A stretch of 64,000 nucleotides of DNA. Source: Octopus vulgaris (Eukaryota). Numbering within the stretch: the stretch's first letter is position 1; each line of letters begins with the position of its first letter. The notes under the pieces are model-generated. The model was not told the origin of the DNA. It ran no database searches and worked only from the letters and a program-made list of their open reading frames with translations. The DNA lies in the NCBI GenBank assembly GCA_951406725.2, contig OX597816.1, positions 173,352,001-173,416,000 on the forward strand, read 5' to 3'. Position numbers and translations under genes: made by a program. Of the stretch, positions 40,283-53,715 are shown one piece after another.

Positions 40283-40720
40283 ATGAATCAGGATACTATT
40301 GATTTACTTGAAAGTGTGAAAGCTGCTAAAGCTGAAATAGAAAGAATAGAAAAAGAAAATGTTAATATCAACCAGTTTTTTCCATCGATACCTCACAACT
40401 TTGAAAAATATTCGACTGGAGAAACAAGTTATTGGTCTGATCTGATGAGCTCAGTGTCCTGTGCCAAATCCAAGAAAGGAAAACGTTCTGCAAAAACATT
40501 CAGCTGTGACATGAATTTGTCTAAAAATGCAAATGCTTTATTAATGGATGCAACATCTCCAGATGAAGAAGAAGAAAATGAAGATGAGAATACAGAAGAA
40601 CAAAAAGCAGAAGAGATATCAGAAGAGCAGTCGTTAAATGACTCTGCACTACAGATGGAATCTGAAGTTAAAGAGGAGGAATCTGAAGATCCTCCTGTGC
40701 TCACTTCTCTAAAACAAAAT
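40283..40720 (+). CDS. TTC16: Probable first coding exon of TTC16-like gene (acidic N-terminal region); exon starts 40261
   Basis: Strong acceptor cttttttcag ends at 40260; ATG at 40283; 146 open codons, non-repeat and E/D-rich. Donor AAT|gtaaat at 40721 is phase 0 and matches the next exon. The donor is weak and linkage to TTC16 is inferred from position and phase only. Confidence 0.6.
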
Positions 40721-40944
40721 GTAAATATCATGTAAATGTGTCATTCTATGTCCTAGGAGAAGTAGGTTATATATGTGTGTGTGTATGTGTGTGTGTGTGT
40801 GTGTATCAGAGTAGAATTATTTTCATGGAATTTGTCTGATATCTATAAATGTTTTTATTTCTTTTAAAGCTATAACAATGTAAGTTATAATAATACAGAT
40901 CAGTGGTTTGTACTTTTACTTAATATTTCAATATTTCAAGATTC

Positions 40945-41351
40945 TTTCTCTTTTACTTGTTTCAGTCATTTGATTGCGGCCATGCTAGAGCAGCGCCTTT
41001 AATCGAGCAACTCGACCCCGGGACTTATTCTTTTGTAAGCCCAGTACTTATTCTATCAGTCTCTTTTGCCGAACTGCTAAGTAACGATGACATAAACACA
41101 CTAGCATCGGTTGTCAAGCAATGCTAGGGGGACAAACACAGACAAACATTACACACACATACACACACACATATATATATACATATATACGACAGGCTTC
41201 TTTCAGTTTCCGTCTACTAAATCCACTCACAAGGCATTGGTCGGCCCGGGGCTATATCAGAAGACACTTGCCCAAGATGCCACGCAATGGGACTGAACCC
41301 GGAACCATGTGGTTGGTTAGCAAGCTACTTACCACACAGCCACTCCTGCGC
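40945..41351 (-). mobile_element. SINE family A, full length
   Basis: Family match. Confidence 0.92.
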
Positions 41352-42104
41352 TTATGCGCCTTTAAGACCCCTTCTTAAAGAAATCTTTGGAGAAAAGCTG
41401 TTATTAGCTGACATCTCTGTTCTGTAATGTGTGTGTATGGATTGTTTATGTTGCTGTTGTAGCCAATCAGTTGTGTGCAGTTTGATCTGTTATTAAAATG
41501 CGGGTTACACTTGCTGAGTAAAATAACGTTTTTTTATTCTCAAGTTCTCAGAGTTTTTCTTTTTTTAGTCTTTAATCAAAACCTAAATGTCTTGGGTGTG
41601 ACATTTCTATAGGTGTTTTTTTTTTAATGGAAGAAGCATTAGCAGCCTGGTGGTACTTCTAGTGTAGAATTCATCATATTTACTACATGTAGTTTTTATA
41701 CACCACATAAGACCACACATATATATCTTCATCTTTGATCAGGCAATTGGGTAAAGTAAATAAGGTGTGGTTTTGTTTTGACAGTTTTTAGTCACGTCCC
41801 CACTCAGAGATGGTCTGGAACGTACCAGTTGTATATTCAACCATCGCCCTCCCCCACTCCCAACAGATTGCATGGTGGATTGAAGCAGTTGTTTTTTAAT
41901 TGAAATGTGGCAGTTTCAAAAATATATATTACCCATGGATGTGTAGCTTTTGCTAGATGGTCTGGTGACAGAGTATCGATAGACATTCTCCAACTGAACT
42001 TTTCAGAATTATATGATTTTGGTGCTTTTGCTTCCAACCTTGGAGCATATTCTCTGTATCATGTGAATCTCATTTCTAATGTAGGCTATCTTAGTTTTGA
42101 TGGG

Positions 42105-42242
42105 CAAGGATGGTTGGCGTTAGGAACGGCATCCAGCCGTAGAAACTCTGCCAGATCAGACTGGAGCCTGGAGCAGCCCCTGGCTTCCCAGAACCCGGTC
42201 GAACCGTCCAACCTGTGCTAGCACGGAAAACGGATGTTAAAC

Positions 42243-42274
<32 letters not shown>
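42105..42274 (+). mobile_element. RTE 3' tail with (GAT)n
   Basis: Matches 47520-47674. Confidence 0.85.
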
Positions 42275-42275
<1 letters not shown>

Positions 42276-43782
42276 AGGCCTCTTCATGCTGCTCTTCTGT
42301 AAAAGTTAGTGGAGATGGATCCATTTTCTGTGACTCTGAGTTCAAAATCAAGCAGATATAAAAAAAAAAAAGTGTAATTGGGGGTGGGGGGCACTTCACT
42401 TCAAATTTTATATGTTATTTGATGTTGTAGATGTGTTTTTGAAATATAGATATTAATATGAACAAGACAAGAAATAAATTGAAAGTAAAAATAAGGTAAG
42501 GAACATGTATACATTCAAACATGTATACATTCCTCTTTCAAACTCCAATGGTATAATCATAGATCTACATTTAGATACAAAGAAAAGGCTAATAAATATC
42601 TCTAGCTAAATTCATACATTCTCTCATAGATAAAAATATTGAATGTAAGATTGTATGTAATCTATTGTATGTAATGTACAACCCTGTAATAGTAGACTTT
42701 GTCAATCAGAAGCATTCCATATTTATAAAATTAGTGAAACTAAATTGATTATGATTAATCAACATGATGAACTAATTATAAGATGCCAACAATTTAAATA
42801 CAAATCTTTTCTATACTATAAGCATACATAACATTACACTTATCATTATAACTATAAATTAGTAAACTACAACTCTAGTTTTAATACTCAGTATATATTT
42901 GATAAGCATATCAATATATCTTAATGAAAATCTTCCATACATTGACCTACCACAGTTTAACTTCACTAATTCTATAATTATATTTAAATTTAAACACTCT
43001 AATACGTTTTTAAAATTCATATTTTTAAAATGAAATTCTTATAGTTATTGAAGATTACATCTACAATCTATAATATACTAAATATTTTTCCATTAAATTT
43101 ATAACTCTGTTTTCATAGCATCACTCTCTATATCGATATCTTCTTAACTTTGAATAGTTTTCTTCTTATACCTAGGTATTTACACCTTGAGTAACATATA
43201 TTGATTACTATCTTTAATATAGACAGCAAATTTAATCTAATAGAAGTGTTTACAGAATTGTATTCATATTTGTGAGATCATTGATGTACTTATATGCCTA
43301 TATTCAATGCTTATTTATTTATTTATTTTTGCGTATATATGTACATGTGTGTATATTTGTATGCATACATGTATATATATGTATATTTGTATTTATATAC
43401 ATATGTCTATTTATGTACAAATATTTGTTTGTATTGGTTATATATGTATGTATGTATATTATATAATATATATTTATGTACATCTGTATATGTATGTATG
43501 TATGTACATATCTACACATATAAATGTATAAATATATTTATAAATGTGAGAGTGTGTGTGTGTATGCATGCATGGTTTCAGTAATGACTATTATTATAAA
43601 CCTTTTATATTATCTTTTTATCTGACTGTCTTATATAATTAATTATTTTTTATTTCTAAACTCACCTTTAATTAATTTATATAGATTCATGTTTTGTTCT
43701 ATATTAGTAGGTGCATATATTTATCCTTCTATGTGTGTGTATATTTGTGCTTGCGTAAGTGTACTGATGTATATTCTTGTAC

Positions 43783-43823
<41 letters not shown>

Positions 43824-44199
43824 CATTTGTCTTGCACATTACTTGGTGACCCTGCCCATGCTGGTGCCACATAAAAAGCACTCAGTCCACTCTGCAGGAT
43901 GGTTGGTTTTTGGAAGGGTATCAGGCTGTAAAAAAAACGTGCTAAAACAGACACTGAAGCCTGGTACAATCTGCCTGACCAGTTCCTGTCAAATTATCCA
44001 ACCCATGCCAGCATGGAAAATGGACGTTAAATGATGATGATAATATATGTGTATGTTTGTGTGTGTGTGTATATAAATGTGTGTACGTGTATATATATAA
44101 ATATATATAAATGTACTTCGTTTTTTTTCTTCTTACTTTCCCTATATCTTTTCCACGTGTAGTTTCTATTTTCTTTTTGAAACATATTTCTATTATATC

Positions 44200-44239
<40 letters not shown>

Positions 44240-44336
44240 ATCCAAACATGAAAACACAAAGAGAAAACACAACAGCGTGAGGACGTGGAACAAATATAGT
44301 ATTATTGGATGCTCAGGAAGGAAGGAAAGAAGGAGG

Positions 44337-44371
44337 GTTTAACGTTTCGAGTGGAGCTCTTTGTCAGAAAC
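44337..44371 (-). ncRNA. Degenerate ultra-minimal hammerhead motif
   Basis: gttt-CTGACAA-aGAGCtccACTC-GAAAC-GT-T-aaac. Reverting two CpG-type changes gives CTGACGA..GAGC tcc GCTC GAAAC. Confidence 0.55.
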
Positions 44372-44586
44372 ATAGGAAAAGGAAAGATCCAAAGAAGGGA
44401 AGACGGAGGAAAAAAATTGACAACGGTACACACGCGGTCACATATATATATTTATATACAAGCAAAACAGATGTCACTACTGTTCACATCATCTGTGGAT
44501 AAATTTTAAAATTGATGATATCACCAGCAGTGATATAGGTGGATCGCAGGCGCAATAGCATTAAATAGCTATGAATTATAAATTTT

Positions 44587-47500
44587 TGCATGGAGGCTAT
44601 GGTTTTTGTTCTCGCAATGAGGAGGGAACCAGACTGCTGGAGTTATGTGATGCAAATGATCTTATGGTTTGCAATACCAACTTCAGGAAACCCGCCTCTC
44701 ACCTAGTCACCTACCGTTCTGGCAGACACACTAGCCAAATTGATTACATCCTCGCCAGAAAAAGGGAAAGAGGGCTGCTTATAAATGCCAAAACCTTCCC
44801 AGGTGAAGAATGTACCCCTCAACATAGATTAGTAGTTAGTGACTTCAGGATCAGGGCTAAATGGATGCACAGAAGAAGACCAGCTTGGAGGAGAAGGGTC
44901 TGGAAGCTTAAAGATCCTGCAAATGGACAGAGATTTAGAGACATACTACTCAAAGCTTTTGACGAAATAGAAGGGGATATAGCTTCACTTAATGTGGAAG
45001 ACGACTGGAGGTTTCTAAGGGACAACCTGCTGAGAGCCACTGACTAGATCTGTGGATGGAGCAAAGTCCCATCTCAACCCAAGATAACGTGGTGGTGGAA
45101 CAATGTGGTTGACAAGGCTATTAGACAAAAGAAACAGGCTTGGAGGGACTGGTAGAACGGTGGTAGCAGGGAATTGTATCAGACTGCCAGAAGGGAAGCT
45201 AGGAGACAGGTTTATTTAGCAAGAGGGGAAGCAGATAAGAAAAAATTTGCCAATGTTCTGCGCCGTGAGGATCAAAAACTTGAGGTATTTCATGTTGCAA
45301 GACAGTGTGTGAGAGAGAATCATGATGTGGTAGGAGAGAAATGTGTTCACATGGATGATGGTTCACTTACGCTAAATGATGATGCAAAGAGAGCGGTTTG
45401 GAGATGCCACTATGAAAGGTTGCTGAATAAAGAAAATGAATGGGAGAAAGAGAGTCTGCCGAATGTCGACCCAACAGAGGGACCAACTATTCGAATTGAC
45501 AGTACATTGGCAGATAAAGCAATTAAGGGTATGAAGACAGGGAAAGCTCTGGCCCATCAGGAACCACTGCAGAGATGCTCAAAATATCTGGCAGTGTCAG
45601 CTATAGCCTAGTCACTCATGTAGTTAACCAGGTGATACACGAAGGAGTCATTCCCAATGACTGGTGTAGCAGCACCATAGTCAACTGCTACAAAGGTAAA
45701 GGTGACGCCTTAGATACAAATAATTACAGAGGTATCAAGTTGTTAGATCAGGTAATGAAGATCACAGAGAGGGTCATAGCCCAACTAATTAGGGAGAGAG
45801 TCAGTTTAGATGAGATTCAGTTTGGGTTCATGCCAGGGAAAAGCACCACTGAGGCCATATTTCTGGTAAGACAGCTGCAGGAGAAATACCTAGCCAAAGA
45901 TAAGCCCCTGTACCTGGCTTTCGTTGACATGGAGAAAGCCTTTGACAGGGTCCCCTGTTCCCCTATCTGGTGGTCAATGAGGAAACTAGGGATAGATGAA
46001 TGGTTAGTGAGAGCTGTGCAAGCCATGTACACGGACGCTGTAAGTAAGGTGAGGGTTGGCAACGAGTACACTGAAGAATTCAGGGTAGAGGTAGGGGTCC
46101 ACCAAGGTTCAGCCCTCAGCCCCCTCCTATTTATCGTAGTCCTCCAGGCAATAACAGAGGAATTTTAAAACAGGATGCCCTGGGAGCTCCTCTATCCTGA
46201 TGACCTTGCTCTAATTGCTGAGTCACTATCAGAACTAGAGGAGAAGTTTCAAGTGTGGAAACAAGGATTAGAATCGAAGGGCCTCAGAGTCAACCTAGCT
46301 AAAACCAAAGTCCTAATAAGTAGGAAGGTAGACAAACCACAAACGCCTTCAGGTAGATGGCCTTGCTCGATCTGTAGGAAAGGTGTAGGTAGAAACTCTA
46401 TACGATGCACCAAGTGTAAGCTATGGACACACAAGAGGTGCAGCAACGTCAAGGGAAGGCTAACTAGGAAGATAGTTTTTGTATGTGGCAGATGCTCAGG
46501 AGCAATAAACACTGAAAATGCACAGAGAGCAACTTCCGCCACATTCCAGGGAGAAAGACTAGAAATAGTTGATAGCTTCCGTTACCTAGGTGACCAAGTC
46601 AGTAGCGGGGGTGGGTGTGCTGAAAGTGTAACTGCTAGAGTAAGAATAGCTTGGGCCAAGTTCAGAGAGCTCTTACCTCTGCTAGGGACAAAAGGCCTCT
46701 CGCTCAGAGTAAAAGGTAGACTGTATGATGCATGTGTACGAACAGCCATGCTACATGGCAGTGAAACATAGGCTGTGACTGCTGAGGATATGCGTAAGTT
46801 CACAAGAAATGAAGCCAGTATTCTCCGATGGATGTGTAATGTCAGTGTTCATACTCGAAAGAGTGTACCTTGAGAGAGAAGTTGGACCTAAGAAGCATCA
46901 GTTGCAGTGTGCAAGAGAGACGTTTGCACTGGTATGGCCATGTGGCGAGAATGGATGAAGATAGTGTATGAAAAAGTGCCACTCCCTAGCTGTTGAGGGA
47001 ACCTGTGGAAGAGGCAGACCCAGGAAAACCTTGGATGAGGTGGTGAAGCACGACCTTCGAACTTTAGGTCTCACCGAGGAAATGACTAGAGACCGAGACC
47101 TTTGGAAGTATGCTGTGCGTGAGAAGACCCAGCAGGACAAATGAGACCATCACCCATGGCCTCAGTCCACTTATGCATACCTTTCCTTCTTGTGACACAA
47201 AACCCTACTTGTGAAGACCTGTTGAGGCAAGTGAAAATCAAAAAAATCAAAAAATCAAAAGTCAAAATCGATCAACATGTAGCTGTGATACCAGTGCCGG
47301 GCACATAAGAGAACCATCCGAACGTGGCCGTTGCCAGCACCGCCCCGACTGGCTTCCGTGCCGGTGGCACGTAAAAGCCACCATCCGATCGTGGCCGTTG
47401 CCAGCCTCGCCTGGCCTCCGTGCCAGTGGCACGTAAAAAGCACCATCTGACTGTGGCCGTTTGCCAGCCTCGTCTGGCACCTGTGCTGGTGGCACATAAA

Positions 47501-47674
47501 AAGCACCCACTACACTCATCGGAGTGGTTGGCGTTAGGAAGGGCATCCAGCCGTAGAAACATTGCCAGATCAGACTGGGCCTGGTGCAGCCTTCTGGCTT
47601 CCCAGACCCCAGTTGCACCGTCCAACCCATGCAAGCATGGAAAGCGGACGCTAAACGATGATGATGATGATGAT
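44587..47674 (+). mobile_element. 5'-truncated RTE LINE pseudocopy (APE C-terminus, RT, Cys-rich domain, 3' UTR)
   Basis: SQIDYIL/QHRLVV (APE), NYRGIKLL, QFGF, FVDMEKAFDRV, GVHQGS.LSPLLF, YPDDL (mutated YADD); several stops and frameshifts; (GAT)n tail. Confidence 0.95.
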
Positions 47675-47684
47675 GTTTGGATTA

Positions 47685-47720
<36 letters not shown>

Positions 47721-47728
<8 letters not shown>

Positions 47729-48135
47729 TAAAAGGAATTCCAACCTTGTCTGATTTTCACGTTTTATTTACAATCTTATAATGATATATTATAAGATAAT
47801 ATATTATAATTGAATAAAATAAAATGAAATAGTAGAATGTTAAATGTTCATTCTGATTGAACTAGTACTTTCATGCATTGAATTCTGCAATCTTCAGGTT
47901 CATGTAGTAGTGGTGACAGTCAAAAATTGTGAAGCATGACTGTCACCACTACTACATGAACCTGAAGATTGCAGAATTCAATGCATAAAACTAGTTCAAT
48001 CAGAATGAACATTTAACATTCTACTATTTTATTTTATTTTATTCTATTATAACATATTATCTTATAATATATCATTATAAGATTGTAAATAAAATGTGAA
48101 AATCAGACAAGGTTGGAATTCCTTTTATTAATATA
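47721..48135. repeat. ~200-bp-arm palindrome (fold-back Penelope-like fragment)
   Basis: 47721-47922 vs 47937-48135, 14-nt spacer, few mismatches, between (TA)n tracts. Confidence 0.9.
47858..47902 (-). ncRNA. Minimal type-I hammerhead ribozyme motif, intact core
   Basis: TGAAC-CTGAAGA-tTGCA-gaattcaa-TGCAt-GAAA-GTAC-TA-GTTCA. Perfect stem I, palindromic stem III AGTACT, CUA triplet. Confidence 0.75.
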
Positions 48136-48162
48136 TTCTTCTATACACAATCACACACATCC

Positions 48163-48209
<47 letters not shown>

Positions 48210-48220
<11 letters not shown>

Positions 48221-48587
48221 CGGCACTTTGTCTGTGCGTGTTTCTGTGTGTCTGTTTGCTTGTACCCTCACCCTGACCACGGCTTTCAACCGATTCTGAT
48301 GAAACTTGACACACACATAGCCCAATGTCATAATTCAAAACTAACGCAGCGAAAATTTTGAAAAGTTCCCCAGTTCTGAAAAAATCGATAAATTCGACAT
48401 GGGGTCGAGAATCAGAAACACGAACCACAAACTGTCTAGGGGACGCAACTTTATCCTTTTTTAACTCTCAAAAAAAATTTGCCATCATTTTTTTCCATTT
48501 TTTTGCTATTTTTTGGCTATAACTCTCTGAAAATGCTTTATAGTTATTTCCCTTACAAACCTGAGCAACGCCGGGCGATACTGCTAG
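48210..48587 (+). mobile_element. Non-autonomous Helitron, different 5' half
   Basis: Same 3' ~110 bp and CTAG|T as the 34431 family. Confidence 0.8.
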
Positions 48588-49127
48588 TATGTATATATAT
48601 TTATATATATATGCAGGCAGACAGACAGACAGACAAATATGCTCAGCTTTATATATATAGATATATATTTATATTTAATGCCCTTTTATTTGATTTTTAT
48701 TGGTTTCAGTTTAGCGTTAAATCTTTTGTTGCCTTTGTTCAATTCCAACATATGTTGTTTGTTTGTTTTAAACTGAAATAGCCAAGTCTTGTTTCCCTGA
48801 GAACTTTTCCATGTTGTTTATTTCTGATTATCATTAGTCAGTGTTGTTTCTTGGATAGTTACATAAAGGGATACAGTAGAAAAGTGTTGTGTCATACAGT
48901 GCAGCTGTTTCTTTCAAGGACAAATAATCTGAACACAGCTGACTACAAAGCTTTGGTTAACCTCTCATCTATGGCAATACAGTTTGAATCTGATATAAGT
49001 AAATAAATATAGATTTATACATTGATAATTTTTAGAGGTGTTGTATAATGCATTGAATCAATTGACAATCATACTTTTTAACCTCAAAATAGTGGAATTA
49101 TAACTCAAATTATTCAAGAAATATATA

Positions 49128-49333
49128 TCATCATCATCATTATTTTTCAACCGTGGTCGAGACAATGGAATTTACCATGCTACGCCAGACTTCACGGTCC
49201 ATCATGGCATTACGGAGGTCCTGTTGCTGGATGCCTGTATACCTGGAGATTACATCAGGGTAGGAGACTGTGCGCCCTCTGGTATTGCGAGTAGATGGCT
49301 TCCAGAGGAGAAGAGTAGAAATTACCTCTTTTT
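49128..49333 (-). mobile_element. 3' end of a second RTE-like LINE family
   Basis: LLLWKP..RGR..YPDVI....L.NAMMDREVWR motif followed by (GAT)n. Confidence 0.75.
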
Positions 49334-49623
49334 ATCTACTTAGTCTGCCACTGCTTCATCTGCAAGATGTCATTTGAATATAGTTTATCGTACAGTCATC
49401 TGAATCCAGTATAGCATTCAGTCATCTGCGTACAGTCTACTATTCAAGCATTTGAAAGCAGCTGAGCATTCAGTTATTTGAATGTAGTCTACAGCTCAAT
49501 TATTTGAACTTCACTGTCTTAAATAATGATTTCTAACTTTGGCACAAACCCACAAAGTTTGAAGTAAATTTTGAAAGCAGAAGCCATTTCTATTTGAAAG
49601 CTGAGGTGCTTCTCAGTAGAACA

Positions 49624-50345
49624 TTAGATTCCAATCCTTGCTTCCACCTGAAATCTCTTTTTGATTTCTAGTAGAGATTCAGCTATAAGAACATGGTCAT
49701 TACCATAGAGGACTTCCCATAGGCAACCAGTCTTAAATTCCTCTGTTATGGCCTGAAGGACTACCATAAACAAGAGGGGACTGAGAACCAATCCTTGAGG
49801 AACTCCTACCCACACATTAAATTCATTGCTATACTCATTGCCAACTTTCACCTTACAGTCAGCCTACCTGTACATGGTTTGAGGTGGAGGCGCAATGGCC
49901 CAGTGGTTAGGGCAGCGGACTCGCGGTCATAGGATCGTGGTTTCGATTCCCAGACCGGGCGTTGTGAGTGTTTATTGAGTCAAAACACCTAAAAGCTCCA
50001 CGAGGTTCCGGCAGGGGATGGTGGTGATCCATGCTGTACTCTTTCACCACAACTTTCTCTCACTCTTACTTCCTGTTTCTGTTGTACCTGTATTTCAAAG
50101 GCCGGCCTTGTCACTCTCTGTGTCACGCTGAATATCCCCGAGAGCTACGTTAAAGGTGCAAGTGTCTGTGGAGTGCTCAGCCACTTACACGTTAATTTCA
50201 CGAGCAGGCTGTTCCGTTGATTCGGATCAACCGGAACCCTCATCGTCGTAACCGACGGAGTGCTTCCACATGGTTTGAACAGCTTTCAACAACCACTCTT
50301 CTACCCCTGGCTTCTGCATCGCTCACCAGCTGAGAGAGCTTGGGA
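49624..50345 (-). mobile_element. Old RTE RT fragment interrupted by SINE B
   Basis: GVPQG.VLSPLLF..VLQAITEEF. Confidence 0.8.
49884..50267 (+). mobile_element. SINE family B
   Basis: 11-bp TSD ACATGGTTTGA. Confidence 0.93.
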
Positions 50346-50669
50346 TTGGCCACATTTTTGATATTGCCTAATGTGGCAAAAGTGTATTAATATTATCGTA
50401 GCAATTGAAAAGCAACTAAGGAAAACATTCATTACAATAAATAGTGAGAGAATGTAGGGATTAAGGAAATCCACACAGATACTTCAGTCAGTACTCCATG
50501 TGTAAAACATGGCTAACAGAATGTCATTGAGGAAAATCAGAATCCATATTCATTTAATCCACTGGATGTTCCATATACAAAAAAAAAAAAGCTGTAAATC
50601 CAAACAAGATATGAATTAATCAGTTGATGTATTTATAGCCAAGTATTATACAAAGTAAACAAAGTAAAC

Positions 50670-50843
50670 AGGCGCAGGAGTGGCTGTGTGGTAAGTAGCT
50701 TGCTAACCAACCACATGGTTCCGGGTTCAGTCCCACTGCGTGGCACCTTGGGCAAGTGTCTTCTGCTATAGCCCCGGGCCGACCAATGCCTCGTGACCTT
50801 GTGAGTGGATTTAGTAGACAGAAACTGAAAGAAGCCTGTCGTA

Positions 50844-50902
<59 letters not shown>

Positions 50903-51121
50903 ATGTGTGTCTGTGTTTGTCCCCTTAGCATTGCTTGACAACCAATGCTGGTGTGTTTACATCCCCGTCACTTAGCGGTTCAGCAAAAGAGACCGATAGA
51001 ATAAGTACTGGGCTTACAAAGAATAAGTCCCGGGGTCGATTTGCTCGACTAAAGGTGGTGCTCCAGCATGGCCACAGTCAAATGACTGAAACAAGTAAAA
51101 GAGTAAAAGAGTAAAAGAGTA
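50670..51121 (+). mobile_element. SINE family A, full length
   Basis: Family match. Confidence 0.92.
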
Positions 51122-51384
51122 ATGATCTATTATTATTATTTTTATTTTTATTTTTATTAAGGTGGTGGTAGAAGGTGACAAGCTGACAGAATCGTTAGCA
51201 GACCAGGTGAAATGTTTAGTGGTATTTTGTCTGTCTTATGTTCAGAGTTCAAATTTCTCTGAGATCAATTTTGCCTTTCATCCTTTTGAGGTTGATAAAA
51301 TAAGTACCAGTTGAGCACTTGGGTTGATGTAATCAACTTACCCACTTCTCCAAAATTGCTGACTTTGTGCCAAAATTTAAAACC

Positions 51385-51920
51385 GTGTAACCAGCCCACT
51401 TATGCGTACCTTTCTTTCATTGGACACTAAACTCTGCTTGCGAAGACCTGTTGAGGCAAGTGAAATCGAAATCAAATTCGCTGACATGGCTGATGACAGC
51501 ACCGCCTGACTGGCATCCCTGCTAGTGGAATGTAAAGAGCACCATCTGGGCATGATCATTACCAGGGCCACTGACTGGCTTCCGTGCCGGTGCCACGTAA
51601 ATTCAAGTGTGATCGTTACCAGCGTCACCTTACTGGCACTTGTGCCGGTGGTATGTGAAAACAACATTCAAGCGAGGTCGTTGCCAATGCCACTGGACTG
51701 GCTCCTCTGTAGGTGGCACATAAAAAACACCATTCGAGCCTGGCTGTAAAAGCACCCACTACACTCTCGGAGTGGTTGGCATTAGGAAGGGCATCCAGCT
51801 GTAGAAACTCTGCCAGATCAGATTGGAGCCTGCTGCAGCCATTTGGTTCACCAGTCCTGTCAAACCGTCCAACCCATGCCAGCATGGAAAGCAGACATTA
51901 AACGATGATGATGATGATGA
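51385..51920 (+). mobile_element. RTE 3' UTR fragment
   Basis: Matches 1290-1920; (GAT)n tail. Confidence 0.85.
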
Positions 51921-51967
51921 TTGCTTTGGTAGTTTCATGCAAATTTCTACTTAACATTAGTCTGTGT

Positions 51968-52003
<36 letters not shown>

Positions 52004-52558
52004 ATGTGTGTGTGTACAATGCATTTCTTTTAGCTTCTGTCTGCCAGATCCACTGAGAAGACTGGTTAGCCCCAAGTTATAGTAGGAGACCCTTTCCCTA
52101 GATGCCATGCTATGGGATTGAGCCCAAAACCATCACCACTGTGTGGGTATTTAAGTTATTTGCTAATGTATACCCTAGCTCATTTTCCTTCTGCTTCTTT
52201 TTTTTTTTCTTTTTTCATGTGTAGGGACCAGTGAAATAAATATACCTTATGTGAAAAATAAGTTTGGGCCACACAAAGGGTATATGAGTATAGAATATTG
52301 TGTCGATAATTCCCATCCAACCCATGTTAGCAGAGAAATATCAAATGTAAAAGAAATGCCAATGTGTGAAAAGAGACAAAGAGAGAAAAAGAGAGGGAAA
52401 CACATGACAAACTTTCACACAGTTTTTGTCCCCTAAATTCCAGCTAGAAAGTATTGATTCAGTCTGAGGTTGCAGTAGAAAATACCATGGTTTGGTTGGA
52501 CCCACAACCGTCTGGCAGTAAAGTGAATTTCTTAACCACACCCCTATAGCTGTGCCTA

Positions 52559-52942
52559 GTGGAGGCGCAATGGCCCAGTGGTTAGGGCAGCGGACTCGCG
52601 GTCATAGGATTGCGGTTTCGATTCCCAGACCAGGCGTTGTGAGTGTTTATTGAGCGAAAACACCTAAAGCTCCACGAGGCTCCGGCAGGGGATGGTGGTG
52701 ATCCCTGCTGTACTCTTTCACCACAACTTTCTCTCACTCTTACTTCCTGTTTCTGTTGTACCTGTATTTCAAAGGGCCAGCCTTGTCACTCTCTGTGTCA
52801 CGCTGAATATCCCCGAGAACTACGTTAAGGGTACACGTGTCTGTGGAGTGCTCGGCCACTTACACGTTAATTTCATGAGCAAGCTGTTCTGTTGATTCGG
52901 ATCAACCGGAACCCTCGTCGTCGTAACCGACAGAGTGCTTCC
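52559..52942 (+). mobile_element. SINE family B
   Basis: 13-bp TSD ATAGCTGTGCCTA. Confidence 0.93.
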
Positions 52943-53205
52943 ATAGCTGTGCCTATGTTAGAAACAATAATGATTACACTGTGTAGCACAACTTTTATCC
53001 TTGGGTAGCAACTATCATTTCCTATTTGCTGACCCCTAGGAAGTATGATTAATGGTTAATATTTCCTCTAGATTTCACTTTTGTAACATTTATTCAAACC
53101 TCAAAGAATCCCTCTCAGTATATTACGATTCTCTCCTACTACTCCTGTTCATGATCAGAGATGCACATATTGTCAGCCACTAAGAGACATGCTCAAGTGG
53201 TTTAA

Positions 53206-53424
53206 CTCTTTCGTTACCAACCCGGCTGAAACCGGCTCTGGCTCTGGGTACAAATGTCTTGTTTTCATAAGTTTTGAATTAAAATCTTCCACCAAACCTT
53301 AGTCACAATTTATGTTCCTAACACTAGGTTAATGATATCCAAATTATTTTACTAAATTCTTTGTTATATTTAAAGTAATTGAAAGAAACACAGAGCATCT
53401 CAAATAAATACAGTAACGAAAGGG
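53206..53424. mobile_element. piggyBac-type MITE
   Basis: TTAA flanks; same family as 16982. Confidence 0.85.
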
Positions 53425-53715
53425 TTAAGGTCAAGCAACTGACGATCAAATCTACGATATTGAGCAGAATATTTACTCTAATGATATTTCTGCTTGAACA
53501 ACTCAACAATGTGAAGTGTAATGGAAAATAGGTCAGTTTCAAATCATTGATGTCATCCAGGTCATAAAAGCAAGGTTGAAGGGAATAGTAGTCACTTCCT
53601 TTGATTTCTTGATAGAAGCAAATAGGAAATTACACTTACTGACCAAAGAAAAAAAAAGATTAAAATTCTGTTATAATCTATATAACCTTCTTGTTCATTC
53701 GCCCATTATATATTA

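Noticed and set aside
41958-42080. Phase-compatible optional TTC16 exon (using donor 40732)
   Set aside because: Both splice sites weak and no protein similarity; cannot be supported without RNA data.
48890-48975. Minus-strand GATGA...GAAACAGCTGC hammerhead-like remnant
   Set aside because: CU of the core and the cleavage U are missing; too degenerate.
52226-52280. Strong acceptor followed by a short open segment
   Set aside because: Only the phase-1 frame is open, incompatible with the neighbouring exons.
52559-52635. tRNA-like sequences at SINE heads
   Set aside because: Continuous with SINE bodies and TSDs; no convincing cloverleaf.
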